Assembly: GCA_051294905.1 (NCBI GenBank)
Contig: CM119371.1
Span: 31,374,001 to 31,438,000, forward strand
Source of the DNA: Botryllus schlosseri
Lineage: Eukaryota
Length of the DNA: 64,000 bases
Direction: 5' to 3'
Of the stretch, positions 62,201 through 64,000 are shown piece after piece. The notes beneath the pieces were generated by a model. It was not told the origin of the DNA. It saw only the letters and a list, made by a program, of their open reading frames with translations, and ran no database searches. The position numbers were made by a program, and so were the translations under genes. Numbering within the stretch: the first letter of the stretch is position 1; each line of letters opens with the position of its first letter.

Positions 62201-64000
62201 GAAATTGACACCGTTAAATCTACTTCTACTTGAGTAGAAATTGACGCCATTACCTCTACTTCTACTTGAGTACCTATGGTATGTACTTTGACCACCGCTC
62301 ATGGCGTCACATTGGTGATAGTTATGACCAAACAGCAAGGAATACGTCACAGAACAGGCTTTTTTAGCACTAAAATGCAAAATTTTAAATCACAGATTAT
62401 AAAAAATCCTGACGTGAGAGAAAAAAGCGACTTCATATTCGTAATCAGCGTACGGAAATTGACTTAATAGTCATCATTTTGGCCAGAAAAGAAAAATGAT
62501 GTCGACCAGTGTTATTAATTACGTGCCCTAAATTTTCTAAGACAACACCTCACTCAGTTCTAACGGTAAATATGATTACGTGGGGTCATAGAGGATGAAA
62601 TATTTCTTGCAAAATATATATGCATTGAACAATATTAATGACCGATTCAATCATGAATTATAGAAAATTTTCGAGCGATGAGGACGTTTAAACTCACTGT
62701 TGATTACCAATATGAAATCTCGAACACGAGTGAAAACGGTCATTCCAACGAGGGATCTGGCGGGCTTCGTCCCCCAGACGTTTGGTCCAACACCCTATGG
62801 AGAGGGCCAAGACCAACTTTTTTTGGGGAGATGATGAAGTGTTGTTTAGACCCTGATGCTGTATAACGTTAACCTCTTCGAAGAGATTAATAGTTTAGTA
62901 ATTTTATGTTGCGGATCAGCCGCGGTGAGAAGTTTTTCCGTAGTCCATCATGGATTTCGGATTAGTTCTGTCAGCAGTCACTCACTGAATATTATGATTA
63001 CTTTATTAGCGCTATTTGAATGTTCGGTGTTTTGCTTCTGTACAAATAGTCCTGGTCGTGAAATACCATATAATTTCTCTGTGAAGCAGCTGCTATTATT
63101 TTCCATTGACCAAATAAGGTACAAATTAAAACTTGAGAAGTCATTCATTACGCTATGACATTATAACAGCAGGTAGTACTCAAATCCAGAGTTGGACATT
63201 TAATTGTAATTGTAATTGATCTGAATGTGATAATTACATTTATTCATGTAATTGTCATTGTAATTGTAATTTGATATTTTGAGCAAGGAGAAATTGTAAT
63301 TGTAATGTGATTGGAACATGCAAGAAAGTAATTAAAACTAGAATAATGTAATTGATCCAAATCTCATTCGCATATTTATGAAATAGTCTAATGAACTTTC
63401 ATTGACCATGATTTGCAGCAATCAAAGTTAATGACATGTGGAACTGTCAATACGTCAATTCCTGAATAATGTATGAGGTTCGTTCGATCAAATGATAGGC
63501 TCAAATTTTAGATTACAGCCGTAGACTTATTCGTTCGATCAGGTTTGTAATTAAACTAGAGCATGATTATCTAGAATGAGATATCTTGACACAGGCAGTA
63601 CTCTCTACTATATACTTTTAATATACCTTACATAACTATTATGCACAGTCTTATTTATATGTACATTCAATTTGTATTAGGATGTCATATATTCCACATC
63701 CACAATTACCTTTACAAGATGCGTGCACCTTCACTGGCGTTCCTTCGGGCAACATACAAACGCGCGTACGATCATATGGATCCGTCTTGCGACAGAAGCT
63801 AACACTGGAGTTGTACTCGATACTGCTGTTAAAATATTGCTCGTCCGAACCGTCACTGAACAAGAATTGCACTTTCCGCATGGCACATGTCCGATTTACA
63901 TAGAATGACAGATATGTCTATATTAACAAATTAAAAAAGGTATTCTAAAAAAGGGTAACAATTTACGTACGGACATTGAGGGTACGAGTCACAGAAATAC
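11074..64000 (-). CDS. Multi-exon LDLa-repeat G-protein-coupled receptor (GRL101/RXFP-like 7TM, no LRR domain), 5'-partial; 23 coding exons, about 912 aa in window
   Basis: Hand-spliced exons (5'->3'): 63971-64000(partial), 63710-63855, 58758-58848, 53374-53522, 49870-49960, 40851-40978, 37256-37291, 37036-37212, 36874-36976, 35788-35834, 32076-32147, 31846-31993, 26250-26357, 24563-24626, 22612-22698, 21961-22090, 19458-19615, 19215-19396, 14655-14780, 12481-12582, 12202-12420, 11914-12071, 11074-11261. All introns are GT-AG, phases match, and there are no in-frame stops. Motifs: repeated CDG..C..(G)SDE, TM2 LSFSDLLVGIY, ECL1 WRSSSTC, ECL2 YYSSHGVCLP, TM6 SDFLCWIPI, TM7 PINSALNPLLY. Confidence 0.93.
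11914..12071 (-). CDS. GPCR exon, ICL3 to TM6 (...RRLQRKLTRIVISDFLCWIPICIIGFLSFS)
   Basis: ttttgtag acceptor, gtaagt donor, 158 nt, phase 2-1; CWxP motif. Confidence 0.95.
12202..12420 (-). CDS. GPCR exon, ECL2 to TM5 (STEWGRL...FGYYSSHGVCLP...LLNFVAFLYMLVCYVLLFR)
   Basis: aattgcag acceptor, gtaagt donor, 219 nt, phase 2-2. Confidence 0.95.
12481..12582 (-). CDS. GPCR exon, extended ECL2 (FNENRIFKVVNYHDIHHMNNWLSLIQTTPQPQDG)
   Basis: tctgatag acceptor, gtacgt donor, 102 nt open frame, phase 2-2, followed by a 60-nt intron. Confidence 0.75.
12747..14334. mobile_element. hAT-type non-autonomous element with nested fragments
   Basis: TIRs cagggctcttcaacc/ggttgaagagcacta; left flank ttctatgg recurs at 14351-14358 after a short palindromic filler. 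Confidence 0.7.
14655..14780 (-). CDS. GPCR exon, TM4 (PLSRPRIAAATMAVAISWVVSILLGTIPLIPHIEDYFVSSV)
   Basis: attttcag acceptor, gtaagc donor, 126 nt, phase 2-2; conserved W4.50 and Pro. Confidence 0.93.
16052..17635. mobile_element. Merlin-like MITE (GG termini, 8-bp TSD) with gcggac arrays
   Basis: TIRs gggcaactct.aacggcg/cgccgtt.agagttgccc, exact TSD gaaatatt; superfamily inferred from the termini and TSD only. Confidence 0.8.
16582..17278. mobile_element. hAT (Charlie-like) MITE inserted in a GGGTTA-rich element
   Basis: TIRs cagtggttcccaacc/ggttgggaaccactg, TSD ggttacgg/ggttaggg. Confidence 0.88.
19215..19396 (-). CDS. GPCR exon, TM2-ECL1-TM3 (IYAFSI...YCQVDREWRSSSTCSALG...IASHRLHSVMR)
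   Basis: cttttcag acceptor, gtttgt donor, 182 nt, phase 0-2; RXFP/GRL101-type WRSS.xC motif. Confidence 0.95.
19458..19615 (-). CDS. GPCR exon, TM1 to TM2 (SGAIVGCTGVIVITI...LILSLSFSDLLVG)
   Basis: tttctcag acceptor, gtgagt donor, 158 nt, phase 1-0. Confidence 0.93.
20376..21726. mobile_element. hAT-type MITE (gcgca repeats) containing a caggaccgtaac-family element at about 20870-21620
   Basis: TIRs caatgttccctctaa/ttagagggaacattg, exact TSD gtggtaag; short relative at 58452-58646. Confidence 0.88.
21961..22090 (-). CDS. GPCR exon, last LDLa, hinge and start of TM1 (VCDGIKDCKSGIDECQPGCVDSAFSNEKSMITSEAILTLSWII)
   Basis: aaatgcag acceptor, gtaagc donor, 130 nt, phase 0-1. Confidence 0.92.
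22612..22698 (-). CDS. GPCR exon (NCDNGSDEEGCSHFSCKDEGALQYISRDA)
   Basis: tcgaacag acceptor, gtaaga donor, 87 nt, phase 0-0. Confidence 0.92.
22959..23919. mobile_element. TA-targeting (Tc1/mariner-pogo-like) MITE
   Basis: 25-bp perfect TIR ggggagatgtggtaccgatggatca flanked by TA on both sides. Confidence 0.88.
24563..24626 (-). CDS. GPCR exon (FYCTDKPTPNIPIEKKCDKQA)
   Basis: atttacag acceptor, gtatgt donor, 64 nt, phase 2-0. Confidence 0.9.
25020..25300 (+). pseudogene. hAT transposase C-terminal remnant
   Basis: VYAQLQGCQPTTAAVERSLSF...KLLSKGRHF resembles the hAT dimerisation region; the upstream part matches the interior of the 38752-39593 element in reverse. Confidence 0.6.
26250..26357 (-). 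CDS. GPCR exon, LDLa (CKRIESGLIFRLSLNMMCDGTANCNNYADERGCNSR)
   Basis: cttcaaag acceptor, gtgaaa donor, 108 nt, phase 2-2. Confidence 0.88.
26435..27580. mobile_element. PIF/Harbinger-like MITE
   Basis: 22-bp perfect TIR agcctggaatagacgatccgta with TTA on both sides. Confidence 0.82.
27469..27504. repeat. 36-bp perfect palindrome with 7-bp TSD; same arms as 592-628
   Basis: tatagataactaacctac|gtaggttagttatctata flanked by ctcgcac at 27462-27468 and 27505-27511. Confidence 0.85.
28447..31720. mobile_element. hAT-type element inflated by several nested MITEs
   Basis: TIRs cagggatcgggaac/gttcccgatccctg; decayed TSD ctccagtt/ctctaatt. Confidence 0.65.
29907..31138. mobile_element. hAT (Charlie-like) element; its 3' part is also present at about 2035-2490
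   Basis: TIRs caggggtcgggaac/gttcccgaccgcgt, TSD ttatagac/atatagac. Confidence 0.8.
31846..31993 (-). CDS. GPCR exon (YSTRCDGIPECEEFMDEECRC...YVYPT)
   Basis: ctattcag acceptor, gtgagt donor, 148 nt, phase 1-2. Confidence 0.9.
32076..32147 (-). CDS. GPCR exon (EPSDGPFQGKRKLDYECYSPVGII)
   Basis: tacttaag acceptor, gtaagt donor, 72 nt, phase 1-1; phase-compatible on both sides. Confidence 0.8.
33065..35090. mobile_element. hAT-type MITE of the tagggatggtgtgaac family, interrupted by 33635-34730
   Basis: Ends ttgggatgatgtgaac/gttcacatcatcccta; copies or fragments at 37360-37963, 54063-54933, about 52980-53340 and 31140-31290. Confidence 0.8.
33635..34730. mobile_element. hAT-type MITE with tacttctacttgagta arrays
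   Basis: TIRs cagaggtggtca/tgaccatctctt, exact TSD gacgcaag. Confidence 0.88.
35788..35834 (-). CDS. GPCR exon (LDCPHGDDEAHCMQK)
   Basis: attcatag acceptor, gtaagt donor, 47 nt, phase 2-1. Confidence 0.9.
36127..36679. mobile_element. hAT-type MITE with gactcgagtc arrays
   Basis: Exact TSD gataaagg; degenerate TIRs. Confidence 0.8.
36874..36976 (-). CDS. GPCR exon (DTSVSG...RCGNEGGETRILVNATRICDSR)
   Basis: tgtcacag acceptor, gtatag donor, 103 nt, phase 1-2. Confidence 0.88.
37036..37212 (-). CDS. GPCR exon, LDLa (CFQCFTEPFVVVPISKLCDGVFDCRDLTDECLC)
   Basis: ttatacag acceptor, gtaaat donor, 177 nt, phase 1-1. Confidence 0.92.
37256..37291 (-). CDS. GPCR micro-exon (NIDECICPSDKK)
   Basis: tcttacag acceptor, gtaagc donor, 36 nt, phase 1-1; completes the LDLa DEC motif. 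Confidence 0.85.
37360..37963. mobile_element. hAT-type MITE, gtgaac family
   Basis: Similar throughout to 54063-54933, with matching termini. Confidence 0.75.
38121..39768. mobile_element. Long foldback (inverted-repeat) element interrupted by 38752-39593
   Basis: Arms pair, e.g. ctcttgattggctaatcggcta with tagctgattggccaatcaagag and aacggcggtgattctg with cagaatcaccgccgtt. Boundaries are approximate. Confidence 0.6.
38752..39593. mobile_element. hAT-type non-autonomous element
   Basis: TIRs tagggcg.tttttt/aaaaaacgcccta, exact TSD ctaatcag. Confidence 0.88.
39815..40706. mobile_element. Chapaev3-type non-autonomous element
   Basis: tta|cactagtcaaca ... tgttgaccagtg|tta: CAC/GTG termini and TWA TSD. 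Confidence 0.75.
40851..40978 (-). CDS. GPCR exon (DGSDEINLPETTNFTGRICHRYGQQCMIYDSDICDGAALCDH)
   Basis: atttttag acceptor, gtaagt donor, 128 nt, phase 2-1. Confidence 0.92.
41623..43306. mobile_element. hAT-type MITE (inverted relative of 7887-8860) with nested inserts
   Basis: Ends match 7887-8860 in reverse; TSD ccgtctgg/ccatctgg. Confidence 0.8.
42860..43005 (+). mobile_element. SINE 3' portion with (CAAA)n tail
   Basis: Matches 9630-9770 and 54935-55050 in reverse complement. Confidence 0.65.
44878..45100. repeat. Small hairpin/MITE-like inverted repeat
   Basis: tataaagctgaatag...gggtactcgtcagcaact pairs with agttgctgaagagtaccc...ctattcagttttata. Confidence 0.6.
45150..47169 (+). mobile_element. 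2020-bp hAT transposon with 5'-deleted, frameshifted transposase
   Basis: TIRs caggccgattta/taaatcggccta, exact TSD gtaatcac, subterminal atatcgc repeats. Confidence 0.92.
45345..47040 (+). pseudogene. hAT transposase pseudogene
   Basis: Fragments in order: LSFRQV, WAFS.IGCDGS (first catalytic D), HLLAIP..HTG, IGSSTDGAGNMTG (second D), YRLRCLA.QLELV (CxxH position), CPYYITVRW, VMPTTSRVEAVFS (catalytic E), ALSDFSL; several frameshifts and stops. Confidence 0.88.
48425..49225. mobile_element. cagg(a/g)ccgta-family non-autonomous element (hAT-like)
   Basis: Long similarity to about 20870-21520 and to 59720-60507 plus 62515-62700. Confidence 0.7.
49870..49960 (-). CDS. GPCR exon, LDLa module 3 (GSSCKANEFSCANGRECLPAKDYCNRITNCK)
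   Basis: aattctag acceptor, gtaagt donor, 91 nt, phase 1-2. Confidence 0.93.
50763..51937. mobile_element. hAT (Charlie-like) element
   Basis: TIRs cagaggtctcaaac/gtttgagacctctg, exact TSD gtgtagcg. Confidence 0.9.
53374..53522 (-). CDS. GPCR exon, DKTDE plus three-Cys spacer (DKTDEPW...CRLRTQYPHYDHRICELP...MCD)
   Basis: ttgtttag acceptor, gtgagg donor, 149 nt, phase 2-1. Confidence 0.9.
54063..54933. mobile_element. hAT-type MITE, gtgaac family, inserted in a SINE tail
   Basis: TIRs tagggatggtgtgaac/gttcacacaatcccta, TSD atattcat/ttattcat. Confidence 0.85.
54935..55142 (-). mobile_element. tRNA-derived SINE with Pol III A and B boxes
   Basis: Minus strand reads tagcgtagtggta (A box)...ggttcgagtcc (B box), then a body shared with 9630-9770 and 42860-43005. 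Confidence 0.7.
55662..56460. mobile_element. hAT MITE containing a second hAT MITE (55782-56104)
   Basis: Outer TSD ctgtaagc is exact; inner TIRs cagtggttc/gaaccactg with TSD tcataaag/tcatatag. Confidence 0.85.
56878..58011. mobile_element. hAT (Blackjack-like) MITE with tccggac repeats
   Basis: TIRs tagggttaccata/tatggcaacccta, exact TSD gcctagat. Confidence 0.88.
58758..58848 (-). CDS. GPCR exon, LDLa module 2 (GSACRWYEFSCDFGSRCVQREDFCNGGWNCD)
   Basis: ctgttcag acceptor, gtaagg donor, 91 nt, phase 1-2, canonical LDLa Cys spacing. Confidence 0.92.
58952..58987. repeat. (GAGT)n microsatellite
   Basis: Tandem gagt units. Confidence 0.9.
59083..63365. mobile_element. gtaatt-array MITE expanded by nested insertions
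   Basis: TSD attcgcat at 59075-59082 and 63366-63373; aattgt arrays at both ends. Confidence 0.7.
60508..62511 (-). mobile_element. Chapaev3-type DNA transposon with degenerate transposase
   Basis: tta|cactggtcgaca ... tgtcgaccagtg|tta; minus-strand remnants MVWRQPHGHGKDCYF, KHNIQYP, AIRPIPHGP and LNQAELNNCVKNLKL...GSRIKAKH. Confidence 0.82.
63710..63855 (-). CDS. GPCR exon, DGSDE plus three-Cys spacer (DGSDEQYF...CRKTDPYDRTRVCMLPEG...SCK)
   Basis: ttgttcag acceptor, gtaatt donor, 146 nt, phase 2-1. Confidence 0.9.
63971..64000 (-). CDS. GPCR exon (partial at window edge), YFCDSYPQCP, LDLa module 1
   Basis: Ends CC|gtacgt and joins in phase 2 to the next exon, giving CP-DGSDE. Confidence 0.85.

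Overview
AT-rich animal genomic DNA, probably from an ascidian (tunicate); this is inferred from the receptor type and the repeat content. One multi-exon gene on the minus strand occupies 11074 to beyond 64000. I assembled 23 coding exons by hand, all with GT-AG junctions and matching phases. They give about 912 aa inside the window, and the 5' end lies beyond it. The protein has 10 LDL-receptor class A (LDLa)-like modules joined directly, with no leucine-rich repeats, to a GRL101/RXFP-type rhodopsin-class 7TM domain. Introns are either tiny (43-130 nt) or 0.5-8.9 kb and largely made of DNA transposons, often nested. These include many hAT-type MITEs with 8-bp TSDs, three Chapaev3-type elements, Merlin-, Harbinger- and TA-targeting MITEs, a tRNA-derived SINE family, and a 2-kb hAT fossil with an intron-containing transposase that may be horizontally acquired. 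Transposon excision also appears to have left traces: two identical-armed 36/37-bp palindromes with 7-bp TSDs and an excess of TAGGCTA/TAGGCCTA micro-insertions. No gene was found in 1-10800. Nearly all ORFs in the supplied track are spurious.
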